A program made the position numbers and the translations under genes. A DNA stretch of 63,737 bases, the filler included. It is 3 parts of 3 records of this genome, joined end to end, with 100 filler letters (N's around TTAATTAATTAA, not from the genome) between each part and the next. Parts side by side here need not be neighbours in the genome. Positions count along the whole stretch, not along the records: positions 30,134 to 56,558 come from SRR22947727_978; 2 more parts are not named here. The stretch is one strand, 5' to 3'. This document shows positions 31,478-41,830 of the stretch, piece after piece. Every line of letters begins with the position of its first letter. Position 1 is the first letter of the stretch. The notes below the pieces were generated by a model that saw only the letters and a list, made by a program, of their open reading frames with translations, was not told the origin of the DNA and did not search any database.

Positions 31478-32797
31478 ATGATATTCATGACAGGCATTTC
31501 TGCTGATCCCTATTGGTGGCAAGCCGCACCGCCGCAAGATTTTCACATTGAGCATTGGCCAGATCGTGCCGATGTGGTGATCATTGGCGGTGGCTATACC
31601 GGATTTGGCGCGGCCATTCCGCTTGCCCGCGCAGGACTTGATGTTGTGGTTCTTGAACGGGATCAGATTGGGTCGGGTGCGTCGACGCGTAATGGCGGCA
31701 TTACCAGCGGCAATTTGCGGCTGTCTTTTGACGATCTGGCCAAAAGATTTGGTGCGAAAAAAGCCACAGCTTTTTACCAAGAAGCCAAAGCGGCACGAGC
31801 TGATTTAGCGCAATTCATCATCAGCGAAAAGATTGATTGCGATCTACAGCAATGTGGGCGTCTGGTTGGTGCCTTGCGTCCAGAATCGCTTGACAGCATG
31901 AAACGTGATGCTGAAAGGCTGACCAAATTGCTTGATATTGAGGCAACGGTTTATGATCGCGCCAACCTTCCTAATTATATTGATACATCGCGCTATTGCG
32001 GCGGCATGATGCGCGACGATATTGGCGGCATTCATCCGGCGAAATTACTGGCTGGCATGTGCCAGATCGCGCGCCAAGCTTCGGTCAAAATCTCAACCCA
32101 GACAAAAGTGATTGCGGTAAGCCAGCAAAACACATCATCACACACCCCCGAATTTAGCATTGAGACCAGCCGCGGCATCATCCGTGCCGGTCATGTTATC
32201 AGTGCGACAAATGCCTATACAGATGCCGGCCAGCCATGGCTGCGCCGCCGCCTCGTTCCGGTGATTTCCGAAATGATCGCCACAGAAGAGCTTGGCGAAA
32301 ACATGGTTCGAAGCTTGATGCCCGGATTAAATATGTATGGCGAGGCCTTGCAGCTAGGACATTATTACCGGCCCTCACCTGATGGAAAACGCATCTTGCT
32401 AGGCGGACGCCGCATGAGCCCTAATCCGGTCAAGGCGCGCAAAAGGCTGGTCGAGGGATTGACGTCAATCTTTCCCCAGCTTGCCGATATAGCCATCACA
32501 AATCACTGGTTCGGTTTTGTTGCCTTTCCGTTTGACCAGCTGCCAAAATTGGCGATTCATGATGGGGTTATTTACCCATCAGGCTATTGCGGTTCGGGAA
32601 CGGTTTGGGCGCGCTGGCTGGGTCAGAAAGCAGCGCATATGGTGCTTGCTGATCTTGATGAAAGCGCCTTTCCGGCAAGCGCATTTCGGGGCGTTCCCTT
32701 TCGCACAATGCCATTTTATTCGGGCGATCCGTGGTTTCTGCCACTAGCAATGGGGCTTTATGCGGTTCAGGACAAATTCAAAACAACATCAAAATAA
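31478..32797 (+). CDS. FAD-dependent oxidoreductase, DAO family (PuuB/OrdL-like)
   Basis: IIGGGYTG, GASTRNGG, HPAK, ATNAY, GYCGSG. Start may be 31487. Confidence 0.88.
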   Translation: MIFMTGISADPYWWQAAPPQDFHIEHWPDRADVVIIGGGYTGFGAAIPLARAGLDVVVLERDQIGSGASTRNGGITSGNLRLSFDDLAKRFGAKKATAFYQEAKAARADLAQFIISEKIDCDLQQCGRLVGALRPESLDSMKRDAERLTKLLDIEATVYDRANLPNYIDTSRYCGGMMRDDIGGIHPAKLLAGMCQIARQASVKISTQTKVIAVSQQNTSSHTPEFSIETSRGIIRAGHVISATNAYTDAGQPWLRRRLVPVISEMIATEELGENMVRSLMPGLNMYGEALQLGHYYRPSPDGKRILLGGRRMSPNPVKARKRLVEGLTSIFPQLADIAITNHWFGFVAFPFDQLPKLAIHDGVIYPSGYCGSGTVWARWLGQKAAHMVLADLDESAFPASAFRGVPFRTMPFYSGDPWFLPLAMGLYAVQDKFKTTSK

Positions 32798-32802
32798 CCT
32801 AG

Positions 32803-32866
32803 CCCTATAGCACAACCCTATCGCACAACCATGGCACGCAGCCTTATCAGCAAGCCTTATAACACC
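32803..32866. repeat. Degenerate tandem repeat of about 13 bp (5 units) between convergent genes
   Basis: ccctatagcacaa ccctatcgcacaa ccatggcacgca gccttatcagcaa gccttataacacc. Confidence 0.45.
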
Positions 32867-32876
32867 GCTTTTGCGC

Positions 32877-34028
32877 CTAATGGCTGGCGGCTTGATCCGG
32901 CGATACAGCGAAACGGTGTGGTGAAAACGGCGTCAGATTCACCCGCGTTTGCCGCGCCATCGCCAGATCTGCCAAAGCTTCGCCAACTGCTGGGCCAAGC
33001 TGAAATCCATGCGCCGAAAACCCAAAACCATGAATTATGCCTGCTTGGCTGCCATTGCCGATAATCGGCAAATTATCCATTGTATAGCCTTCGATTCCAG
33101 CCCATGCGCGTAAAATGGCAACATCGCGTAAATGTGGAAAGACGCGCCCGGCAGTCATCACAAAACTGCTTAAACCGGCCGGAATGATTTGCGTCAAATT
33201 ACGCGCCGCATCTGCAACACCGCGCTTACCACCGCCAATAACCATCGACCCGTTATCAAGCTGTTTAAATGACAAAGTACCACCCATGACCCCAACAACA
33301 GATTGCAAAAACATCGGCTGGCGATCCGTAATCACAAGCATTGGCGCATGCGCCTCAATTGGCAAAATATCACCGGTCATTTTGGCAATTTGCGCTCCCC
33401 AAGCACCAGCACAATTGACCACAATATCGGTTTCGATCATGCCAGCATCAGTTTTTACCTGCCAATGTTCACCCGATTTATCGATTGATGTAACAGTCAC
33501 TGGGCTTCGGAATTCGGCGCCAAGTGCCGCCGCCTTATCATAAAAGGCGCGCGTGATTTTCCACGGCAAGGCCCACCCATCGCCTTCAACCAGCACTCCG
33601 CCAAGAACCGATTTTGTCAGATGCGGAATACGGCAAAGCAGCTGGTCACGATCGACCCATGTTTCATGTTGGAATCCGGCGCGATGTAATTTCTGTATGC
33701 GCCGAGACGCAAGATCAGCCCCGGCATCATCAAGCGCGACCTTGACATAAAATTGTCGATGAAACCCCTCATCGATATCAAGCAATTGATCGATCTGGTT
33801 CCACCAATCCATTGACGCAACTGATAGAGGGATCTCCGCAATATCACGCCCAAGACGGCGAACCCCGCCGGCATTGACCCCTGACGCATGTCGTCCGACA
33901 TGATCTTTTTCCAGAACAATGACAGGCTGGCCGCGCTGGCTCAAAAAAAACGCTGTTGCACAGCCTTGGATGCCCGCGCCAATAATGACAACCGGCCGCG
34001 TCGGAGCCGTTCCAGTTAGTCTGGCCAT
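32877..34028 (-). CDS. DAO-family flavoprotein, opine/sarcosine oxidase beta-like subunit
   Basis: IIGAGIQG, HASGVNAGG, AGAW, GFSAHGFQLGP; overlaps the stop of the upstream gene. Confidence 0.88.
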   Translation of the reverse strand: MARLTGTAPTRPVVIIGAGIQGCATAFFLSQRGQPVIVLEKDHVGRHASGVNAGGVRRLGRDIAEIPLSVASMDWWNQIDQLLDIDEGFHRQFYVKVALDDAGADLASRRIQKLHRAGFQHETWVDRDQLLCRIPHLTKSVLGGVLVEGDGWALPWKITRAFYDKAAALGAEFRSPVTVTSIDKSGEHWQVKTDAGMIETDIVVNCAGAWGAQIAKMTGDILPIEAHAPMLVITDRQPMFLQSVVGVMGGTLSFKQLDNGSMVIGGGKRGVADAARNLTQIIPAGLSSFVMTAGRVFPHLRDVAILRAWAGIEGYTMDNLPIIGNGSQAGIIHGFGFSAHGFQLGPAVGEALADLAMARQTRVNLTPFSPHRFAVSPDQAASH

Positions 34029-35398
34029 GGTCCCTCAAGGCTGGCAAGCTCGGCAAGGGTGATCGGCTTTACCGGCGGACGAAGCCGATAATAACCGGTT
34101 TCAGCCATTGATTGACCAGTATGGGACGCAATCATTTCCTGAACGACCAAGCCGCAACTGCGACCCTGACACCGCCCCATCCCCGCGCGGCAAAAGGCCT
34201 TTAGCTGGTTTGGGCCGCTCGCACCGCTGGCAAGAGCCGAATTGACATCGGCCTTGCTAACAGCCTCGCAACGACAGATGATTGTTTCGTCAGTCTGCGC
34301 CAACCGGAAATGTGCGGGTGGCAAATAAAGTCGGTCAAGAAACGGACGGATACTCAAATAATGAAGATGCCGCAATTTATAATATAGCTGTGCCAGAAAG
34401 CGCGGCATGCCACAGCGGGCAACAATCGCGCTTGCCGCCAATCGCCCAGCAATTGCGGCCGCCTTGGCACCGCCAATACCGCCACCATCACCAGCAATAT
34501 AAATCTGCTCATCAGACGATTTTCCCGTGACATCAATGACCGGCCGCCAGCAATGCGCCTGATAATCCCATTGATGCGCAAGCGCGGTTGCCATTGTCAG
34601 ATTAACATTCGGCACAACGCCCTGATGCAAAAATATATGGTTTGAGTCGATATCAATTTTGTCGCCTGATAACAGGGTACAAGACACAGTTTGAGCCTGC
34701 GACTGGCCAATAATTTCAACCGCGCTTACATGGTTGATTACCTCGGTGTTACGGCGGATATCACCAAGCCATTTCCGCCCCATCGCCAGCATATCGGGTT
34801 GCAGTAATGCCAAAGGGGCAAATGGAATCGCCGATCGCCATTGTTGGGCGCTGGTAATATCAATAACAGCCCGAACCGCAAGCCCCGCTTTGATATATTG
34901 CCATGCGGTTAAATATAGAAGCGGGCCAGACCCAACAAATACCGCATTATCAGCCCCAAGTGCTGCTTGTTTTAACAAAGTTTGCGCCCCACCAACGCTC
35001 ATCACACCAGGCAATGTCCAGCCCTTAACCGGCATTGGGCGCTCAATCGCGCCTGTGGCAATGATGATGTAATCGGCGGTAATCAATTCGGCTTTGCCAC
35101 GCGAGACAAGCGCGACTTCATGCATATCAGTAATTTGCCAAACCGTACAATCGGGCCGATAAACAGCACCACAATCGGCAAAGCTTTGGGCAAGTTTGGC
35201 GCCGTCATAATAGCTTTGACCAAGATAGGCAGGTGATGTTTCCTGATTGGCCTGCAAATTCCGGTAAACCTGACCGCCGCTATCTTTCTGATCATCAATG
35301 ACAATCGTCTCGAGACCGGCCTTGGTTGTTGTCAAGGCCGCCGCCATGCCTGCAGGGCCAGCGCCAATGATAACAATTTGAAAATGTTGATTTGCCAT
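34016..35398 (-). CDS. Opine oxidase subunit A / HcnB-like flavoprotein with a BFD-like [2Fe-2S] domain
   Basis: IIGAGPAG, ATGAIERP...GWTLPGVM, CRCE...GMGRCQGRSC, RPPVKP. Confidence 0.92.
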   Translation of the reverse strand: MANQHFQIVIIGAGPAGMAAALTTTKAGLETIVIDDQKDSGGQVYRNLQANQETSPAYLGQSYYDGAKLAQSFADCGAVYRPDCTVWQITDMHEVALVSRGKAELITADYIIIATGAIERPMPVKGWTLPGVMSVGGAQTLLKQAALGADNAVFVGSGPLLYLTAWQYIKAGLAVRAVIDITSAQQWRSAIPFAPLALLQPDMLAMGRKWLGDIRRNTEVINHVSAVEIIGQSQAQTVSCTLLSGDKIDIDSNHIFLHQGVVPNVNLTMATALAHQWDYQAHCWRPVIDVTGKSSDEQIYIAGDGGGIGGAKAAAIAGRLAASAIVARCGMPRFLAQLYYKLRHLHYLSIRPFLDRLYLPPAHFRLAQTDETIICRCEAVSKADVNSALASGASGPNQLKAFCRAGMGRCQGRSCGLVVQEMIASHTGQSMAETGYYRLRPPVKPITLAELASLEGPWPD

Positions 35399-35401
35399 CT
35401 T

Positions 35402-35704
35402 CTATGCTGATGCCTTGCCAGCGCTGTCAGGCGCATTTTGACGCTGAATAATCATGCCATCGTGAACGGTCATCTGGCATGCCTGCTGATTAGGCCTGCC
35501 ATCAATTTCGACAAGACATTCAAAACAAACACCCATCATGCAATAAGGGCCACGCGGATCATTTTTTGCGGCAGTGCGGAATTGAACCTTGCCAGCACGC
35601 AATAATGCTGCAGCAAGATTATCACCATCAAAAGCGGTTATCGCTTCACCGTCAAACTGAAGATGAACAATCCTACCATTTTCCGGCATTGTCGATTTAA
35701 ACAT
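35402..35704 (-). CDS. [2Fe-2S] subunit (OoxC/HcnA-like)
   Basis: RGPYCMMGVCFECLVEIDG...QAC. Likely start ATG 35704, overlapping the upstream stop. Confidence 0.92.
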   Translation of the reverse strand: MFKSTMPENGRIVHLQFDGEAITAFDGDNLAAALLRAGKVQFRTAAKNDPRGPYCMMGVCFECLVEIDGRPNQQACQMTVHDGMIIQRQNAPDSAGKASA

Positions 35705-36812
35705 TGAACCGCCTCTGGGAAAACCCATCAAGCTCTTGACCTAAACTGGCCTCGGCAATATAGCCCGCAAGATCAAACGCATGTGCTGCCGATAATGTTA
35801 CACCGCTATGGCAAGATATGGCAAAGGCACCGGGCATGGCTTCAGATTGATCATAAATCGGATAGCCGTCTTTTGACATCACCCGAAGCGCGGCCCAGCT
35901 TCGAACAACCCCAACATTAGCCAAGGCTGGCAAGGTCGCCAGCGCACGATCGGCAATTCCGCTAACAATATTGGGGCGAACGCTGGTTTCAAATCCGGTA
36001 TCCTCATGGCTGTCACCAATCATCAACCCGCCTTCATCGGTTTGCCGCAAAAGCAAACTAGGCAATGCCATTTGCTGATCAAGCTTTTCAGTCACAATAA
36101 TCTGCCCCTTTTGCGGCTTTAGCGATTGCTGCAGGCCAACCATCGGGGCAAGCTCAGCATTGGCAAGTCCCGCCGCAAGGACAATCCTTTGACATTCAAA
36201 ATCACCTTTTGCTGTACCAACGCGGATGCTATTTCCTATTTTATCAATGCTGCGAACCGCGGCATTGGCAAGACAAACACCACCATTTCTGTTCAGACCG
36301 TTTTGTAATGCCCGCATCAGATAAAGCGGATTTACATGCCCATCATGTGGACAATAGGCCGCCCCAACAACTTTGGGGCCAATACCGGGCATGATCTCTT
36401 TCAGCGCGGTACGATCAAGCATCTCAAACTTGAACCGACCATTTTGATGTGCGCGAAGATGATCCAGCTTGTCATATCTTTGCTGCATCTCGGCCTCGCT
36501 AAGGCATATGCTAAGACCGCCTTCTTGATGAAGACCTAATGCTGGGCCCCCATTTTCCTGCAATTCTCCAGCCAGCTTTGGCCATAGTTCAGATGATCGC
36601 ATTGTCCAATCAGCATAGGGAGGAAAATAGGCACCCTTGCCCTGCACCCAGACCAGCCCAAAATTACCACGCGCCGCCCGCAAGGCGGTATCTTCAGCGT
36701 CAAGCAACAGCACTGAAAAGCCACGGCGCGACAACCCGTAACCGATCGCAAGGCCAATCAAACCGCCACCAGCGATAATGGCATCAAAGTTGGATTTTGT
36801 GATTTCGGTCAT
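35697..36812 (-). CDS. Opine oxidase subunit B / HcnC-like DAO flavoprotein
   Basis: GGGLIG, AARGNFGLVWVQGKG, WAALRVM, HSGVTL. Confidence 0.92.
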   Translation of the reverse strand: MTEITKSNFDAIIAGGGLIGLAIGYGLSRRGFSVLLLDAEDTALRAARGNFGLVWVQGKGAYFPPYADWTMRSSELWPKLAGELQENGGPALGLHQEGGLSICLSEAEMQQRYDKLDHLRAHQNGRFKFEMLDRTALKEIMPGIGPKVVGAAYCPHDGHVNPLYLMRALQNGLNRNGGVCLANAAVRSIDKIGNSIRVGTAKGDFECQRIVLAAGLANAELAPMVGLQQSLKPQKGQIIVTEKLDQQMALPSLLLRQTDEGGLMIGDSHEDTGFETSVRPNIVSGIADRALATLPALANVGVVRSWAALRVMSKDGYPIYDQSEAMPGAFAISCHSGVTLSAAHAFDLAGYIAEASLGQELDGFSQRRFNV

Positions 36813-38065
36813 TGGAACCGCATGATGCTGTAGGGTAACAGCGTTTCATGATCTATATTTTTAGTGATGCAATCGGCGATTATCTCGCTGGTAGCAGGTG
36901 CCATGCCTAATCCATAATGCGAATGCCCAAAAGCAGCGATGATATTCTTGACACCCGGAATCGCGCCAAGACAGGGAAGGCTGTCGGGAAAACTGGGGCG
37001 CGATCCCATCCATTCATCCGGATCAGCACAGTTTAACTGCGGGAAAAGCTTTTTTGCCTGACCGGCAAAACGCCGCGCGCGCGCATAATTTGGCGCGCTT
37101 TCAAGACCAGCAAATTCAGCCGTACCAGCAACTCTGACACCGGCCTGCATCAAGCTGGCAACATATTTTTGGTCGGCATCCATAACCGAATGATTGATCG
37201 TAATGCCCGGATTGCGTAACACCAGATGATAGCCACGCTCGGCCTCCAGCGGCAGCTTAATGCCAAATCGTGCCAGCAATTGACATGACCAAACGCCTGC
37301 TGCCAACACGATTTTTTTGGCCGTGAATACGCCCTGATCAGTGACAAGCTGGCAACCACTACCCTGATCGGGGTGGATTTCGTGAACCTTTGTTTGAATG
37401 TGACTGGCGCCTTTTGCCAATGCCTTTTCCGCCAATGCAATGCCAATCCCCGCAGGATCACTTGCACGCCCCTGCTGTTTGATCAGAATGGCAGCCTCAA
37501 AATCATCGGCAATATGCGGTTCGATTTCCTGTAAGGCGTGCTTGTCAATCAGTTCGATTGGTACCTGACGTGATTGGCGCAATTGCCAACCAAGATGGTC
37601 AAGCGACGCCGCTTTTGGATTTCGATAGACATGAACATACATGGAGTCGCGAACAAGCTGTTCTTGTCCGGTTCCGGCAAGCCGCTTTTTATAGGCGGCA
37701 ACACTACCCCTGCTCAAACGGAACAGACCATCGGCAACCGGATCAATCCGTTCGGATCGTCCTGCCGCCAGAAATCGTAAAACCCATGGCATTAATTTTG
37801 GCAAATACCCAAGGCGGATCGAAACCGGCCCTTCGGGGTCAATCAGCCAGCGCGGAACCTGTTTCCACAAGCCCGGCATTGATTGCGGAACACAAGTCCA
37901 AGGCGAGATGACACCAGCATTACCATAGCTGGTTTTGCTACAGACCGGCGCAGGGTCAAAAATCGTAACCCTCATGCCGCGTTCGGCAAGTTCAAGCGCG
38001 GTACAAACGCCAATAATGCCCGCCCCAACGACAGCAACATCAATCCTGCTGTCCGGCAGTGTCAT
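36809..38065 (-). CDS. D-amino-acid dehydrogenase (DadA-like)
   Basis: VVGAGIIG, TSYGNAG, ERGYH, WMGSRP...DSLP, FGHSHYGL. Confidence 0.88.
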   Translation of the reverse strand: MTLPDSRIDVAVVGAGIIGVCTALELAERGMRVTIFDPAPVCSKTSYGNAGVISPWTCVPQSMPGLWKQVPRWLIDPEGPVSIRLGYLPKLMPWVLRFLAAGRSERIDPVADGLFRLSRGSVAAYKKRLAGTGQEQLVRDSMYVHVYRNPKAASLDHLGWQLRQSRQVPIELIDKHALQEIEPHIADDFEAAILIKQQGRASDPAGIGIALAEKALAKGASHIQTKVHEIHPDQGSGCQLVTDQGVFTAKKIVLAAGVWSCQLLARFGIKLPLEAERGYHLVLRNPGITINHSVMDADQKYVASLMQAGVRVAGTAEFAGLESAPNYARARRFAGQAKKLFPQLNCADPDEWMGSRPSFPDSLPCLGAIPGVKNIIAAFGHSHYGLGMAPATSEIIADCITKNIDHETLLPYSIMRFQ

Positions 38066-38418
38066 TTGTCCTGTTCCACTTCATGCCGATCGCCGCGTGA
38101 TGATGGCGCCGATATCACCAGAAACCGGATTTCGTCGTCCGTCTGATTAACAATTGCATGACCGGTTTTAGGCGGGATATGCAAGGCCATGCCTGTGTCA
38201 ATTTCAACATGCCGGCCATCAGCAAACTGCATCACAGCGCACCCCGCCAGCATGTAGAAACATTGTGCCGCTTGATTGTGATAATGATGTTTTTCGCCGC
38301 AGCCAGATGCCAAGGTTTCTTCAATCACAAGCAAGCCTTCGGTCTCGACGAGTGGCCAGCCAACGCCGCCATCACTCCATTTATAAGCCTTTGCTGTATC
38401 ACGCGATGCCGAATACAT
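38062..38418 (-). CDS. Cupin-domain protein
   Basis: HYH...QCFYMLAG...IPPKTGH. Start ATG 38418 is coupled to the TRAP permease stop (TGATG). Confidence 0.85.
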   Translation of the reverse strand: MYSASRDTAKAYKWSDGGVGWPLVETEGLLVIEETLASGCGEKHHYHNQAAQCFYMLAGCAVMQFADGRHVEIDTGMALHIPPKTGHAIVNQTDDEIRFLVISAPSSRGDRHEVEQDK

Positions 38419-40511
38419 CAGGTCACCCCTGATCGCGACTCCCGGATATAATAGCGTGCATAAATTTGCCACACCAAAACCGGCGATGCAAAGATGAGTG
38501 AGTAAAGAGCCGCGGTCCCACTTGGCGAAACCAAAAGCAAACCAGCCAATGCAAATATTACACGGCTAGGCCCGTTCATTGAAACCAGCAAATAGCCAGC
38601 GACCGATGCGGAAATCATAAACACACCCAAAGCACATGTTATGGTTGTCTGGAAAAATTCGGCATAGGTGAAATAATCATCAAGAACAATCAACATTGCC
38701 GGTGAATAGACAAACACCATTGGGACGAGCAGCTTGCCAATCCCCAAGGAAAAGGCCGATAGCCCCGTTTTGAACGGGTTCGCGCCAGCAATGCCGGCCG
38801 CCGCATAGGCCGAGGCGCAAACGGGCGGCGTTATTTCGGAAATCACACCGTAATATAAAACGAACAGATGCGATGCGAGCGGCGGAACACCAAGGCCTGC
38901 CAAGGCTGGCTGGGCCACAGTTGCCAACATCACATAAAGCGCGGTTGTCGGCAGGCCTGCCCCCATAAGGATACAAGTGACCGCAATCAATATCAGCGAA
39001 ATAAACAGCGTGATATCATCCAATGAAAAATCAATCAGCGGAATATAGCTAAACCAGCCTTGAATTGCTTCGCCCATGCCAAGCGCACTATTGGTCACCA
39101 TAAACCCTAAGCGAAAGCCAAGGCCGGTAGCATTCACCACACCAACAACGATGCCAATCGCCGCACAAACCGCGCCAACCGACAAGGCGTATTTCACCCC
39201 TTGCGATGCCCCTGCCAGCAAATCTCCAACGCCGATACGGTGGTTCGGATTTATAAAGCCAACAACCAGAATGGCGGTGATGCCCCAAAATGCTGCCATA
39301 TGCGGTGAATAGCCCGAAAACAAAACATAAATCAGCACAACAAGCGGAATGGCGGTCATCCAGCCTTGCTTGAGCACGCCAATGAATTTCGGTATCTGAT
39401 CGGCGTTGAGACCTTTGAGGCCTAATTTTTTTGCCTTGAAATGAACAATCGACAGCACCCCGATATAATGCATGGCCGCAGGAACAGCGGCAGCAATGAC
39501 CACCGTGCTGTAGGAAATTTCCAAAAACTCGGCGAGAACAAAGGCAGCTGCTCCCATGATTGGTGGGGTTATTTGCCCGCCAGCACTCGCCGCCGCCTCA
39601 ACACCCCCGGCGAAATGCCCCGGATAACCGCTTTTTTTCATATTCGGAATGGTCAGCGATCCAGTCGATACGGTATTGGCAATTGATGATCCTGAAATGG
39701 TGCCAAACAAGGCCGAAGATACAACCGAAACCTTGGCCAGGCCGCCTGTATATCTGCCCGCAACCACCGTGGCCAAATCGACAAAAAACTGCCCAAGACC
39801 AATGCGTTGCGCCAACACGCCAAACAGCACAAAATGAAACACCACCGTTGAGACAATCCACAATGTCACCCCATAGATTCCAAGATCAGGGAAATACATG
39901 TTATTGACAAAAAGTGACCAGCTTAATCCTGGATGTTTGAGAATTTGAACGGGAATTGATTGGCCGAAAATAGCGTAGGCCGTGAACAACAGAATGATGA
40001 TTGGCACGATAATGCCAATCGTACGGCGCACCGCTTCAAGCAGCACCACAATCAGAACCGTCCCGAAAAACACGTCGATTGGCAAGGGAACACCCATGCG
40101 CAAAACCTGCTCGGGAACAACCAGACTCAATCCCAAAAAGTTAAATTCAAATCCGTACCAGCTAAAGCCGACATATAGCGATGCTGTCACACCAGCGATC
40201 ATCAACAGCCAGTCATAAATCGGTACGCCTGAAAAGCTCCACCAAGGCTGGGCATCTAACGATTGTTGCCGAAGGCGCTTTGTGGCTGGAAAGGAAATAA
40301 AGATCAAAATAAGAACGCCGGACATATGGGCGCCCATATGCCAGTAATCAACTGGCACGCCAATGCCCGATGTGACGTAGTGATAAAGTGCAAAAATAAT
40401 ACTGAAAAAGAAAACAAATTTAGCAAGCCATGCGCCAATCGGCCGTGTGGCTAGCGAATCATCATATTGGCTCTCAAGAGAGAGGGCGCGCTCAAGACTA
40501 AATTTTTCCAT
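38418..40511 (-). CDS. TAXI-type TRAP transporter fused permease (4TM/12TM)
   Basis: GTISGSSIAN, EAAASAGGQITPPIMGAAAF, GAGLPTTALY, ITPPVC. Confidence 0.95.
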   Translation of the reverse strand: MEKFSLERALSLESQYDDSLATRPIGAWLAKFVFFFSIIFALYHYVTSGIGVPVDYWHMGAHMSGVLILIFISFPATKRLRQQSLDAQPWWSFSGVPIYDWLLMIAGVTASLYVGFSWYGFEFNFLGLSLVVPEQVLRMGVPLPIDVFFGTVLIVVLLEAVRRTIGIIVPIIILLFTAYAIFGQSIPVQILKHPGLSWSLFVNNMYFPDLGIYGVTLWIVSTVVFHFVLFGVLAQRIGLGQFFVDLATVVAGRYTGGLAKVSVVSSALFGTISGSSIANTVSTGSLTIPNMKKSGYPGHFAGGVEAAASAGGQITPPIMGAAAFVLAEFLEISYSTVVIAAAVPAAMHYIGVLSIVHFKAKKLGLKGLNADQIPKFIGVLKQGWMTAIPLVVLIYVLFSGYSPHMAAFWGITAILVVGFINPNHRIGVGDLLAGASQGVKYALSVGAVCAAIGIVVGVVNATGLGFRLGFMVTNSALGMGEAIQGWFSYIPLIDFSLDDITLFISLILIAVTCILMGAGLPTTALYVMLATVAQPALAGLGVPPLASHLFVLYYGVISEITPPVCASAYAAAGIAGANPFKTGLSAFSLGIGKLLVPMVFVYSPAMLIVLDDYFTYAEFFQTTITCALGVFMISASVAGYLLVSMNGPSRVIFALAGLLLVSPSGTAALYSLIFASPVLVWQIYARYYIRESRSGVT

Positions 40512-40553
40512 GACTTTATTCCCCTGATTGAGCCGCGGTATTTACGATATGAA

Positions 40554-40586
40554 TTTGTTAGGGCGGCACATGACCGCCCTAACAAA
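40554..40586 (-). terminator. Perfect 13-bp stem-loop between the solute-binding gene and the permease (mRNA stabiliser or partial terminator)
   Basis: TTTGTTAGGGCGG-CACATGA-CCGCCCTAACAAA. Confidence 0.7.
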
Positions 40587-40596
40587 GAATGTGAGA

Positions 40597-41589
40597 TTAC
40601 ATTAAGCCGGCTTCTTTATAGAAACGCTCGGCACCAGGGTGCAATGGAATCAAAACGCCTTTTAGCGCTGTTGCTTTCTGGATGGCTTTGCCTTTTGGAT
40701 GACCTTTATCAAGAAGCTTGCGGGTATTGTCGTTCCACAATGCTTTTGTGATGTCATAGATAAGATCGGCAGGCTGATCGACTGATGTGATCAACTGGCC
40801 ATTCACCGCTACAGTGCTGACTTTATAGCCAATATTTTCATAGACACCCGCTTCAATGACGTCTTCGACATAGTAAGGGATGATCTTATTGATGGCTTTT
40901 TGCTCATCAGACGAAAAGCTGTAAAGATCAAAGCCTTTGGTTGAACCAAGCTGGATCAAAGATGAAAGCGGTGTACCAGCAGCATAGAAGAATGCGTCAA
41001 TCTGGCCATCAGCAAGACGCTGTGCGCTTTGCCCGACATTCAACTCATATTCATCGGCTTTGATGTCATAATGCTTGAGGATCATGCGAACAGATACCTG
41101 CGTTCCAGAACCTGCTGCAGCCACGCCAACCTTCATACCATTAAGGTCTTTTAGGCTGTTTAGCTTTGTTCCCTTTTTCAACACCAAATGCATGCTCTCT
41201 GGATAGAGATTGGCAATGACGCGAATCTTGTCTTTTCTGTTGTTCACAAACTTACCTTCGCCTTTGTAGCTCTGGACAACAGTTTGTGCGCCTGCCAGAC
41301 CGGCATCAAGCGAGCCTGCCTGAATGGCGTTGGCATTAAAGACCGAGGCAGTTGTCGAAACAGCAATCGCGACCAGATTTGGAACGCCACAGCTACCGCC
41401 TTTGTCACAAGGGCGCGAGCCTGGCGGGTTTGAGATTGCGTTCGCAATCAAACCACCAATCGGATAATAGGTGCCACCAGTTCCGCCGGTGCCGATGCGA
41501 AAAAATTTCATATCTTGCGCCTGAGCTACACTGCCCATTGCAAGCAATGAAACCAAAGCTGTTGCAAATAGCTTGCTTAAATATTTCAT
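40597..41589 (-). CDS. TAXI-family TRAP solute-binding protein
   Basis: Signal peptide, IGTGGTGGTYYPIGG, GSGT, IPLHPGAERFYKE. Start ATG 41589 after GGAGG. Confidence 0.95.
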   Translation of the reverse strand: MKYLSKLFATALVSLLAMGSVAQAQDMKFFRIGTGGTGGTYYPIGGLIANAISNPPGSRPCDKGGSCGVPNLVAIAVSTTASVFNANAIQAGSLDAGLAGAQTVVQSYKGEGKFVNNRKDKIRVIANLYPESMHLVLKKGTKLNSLKDLNGMKVGVAAAGSGTQVSVRMILKHYDIKADEYELNVGQSAQRLADGQIDAFFYAAGTPLSSLIQLGSTKGFDLYSFSSDEQKAINKIIPYYVEDVIEAGVYENIGYKVSTVAVNGQLITSVDQPADLIYDITKALWNDNTRKLLDKGHPKGKAIQKATALKGVLIPLHPGAERFYKEAGLM

Positions 41590-41830
41590 GGGTTCCTCCA
41601 CTATGGTTACGTCAATTAGTGAAGCAGTTGCGGCCAATTGCCTTTACAGCCTTATTTTAGCCAAACGCTTCGCCAAACAAATGAAGGAAATAGCCCCGAC
41701 CCAAATGATCCACACCAAGATCAGGCAATCCCCCATTTGCCAAATTTCCGGCATCATTTAAAAATCACACCGATTGACCTAACTTTAGGGCGAGATTTTC
41801 CATTAATACAAATTATAAATTATTCTAATT

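Noticed and set aside
32803-32866. Possible mini-CRISPR array
   Set aside because: Units are only about 13 bp, degenerate, have no spacers, and there are no cas genes.
34016-36812. Hydrogen cyanide synthase hcnABC
   Set aside because: Same families, but the gene order (B-like, ferredoxin, A-like) and the uptake transporter, LysR and extra dehydrogenases indicate catabolism; no symbol assigned.
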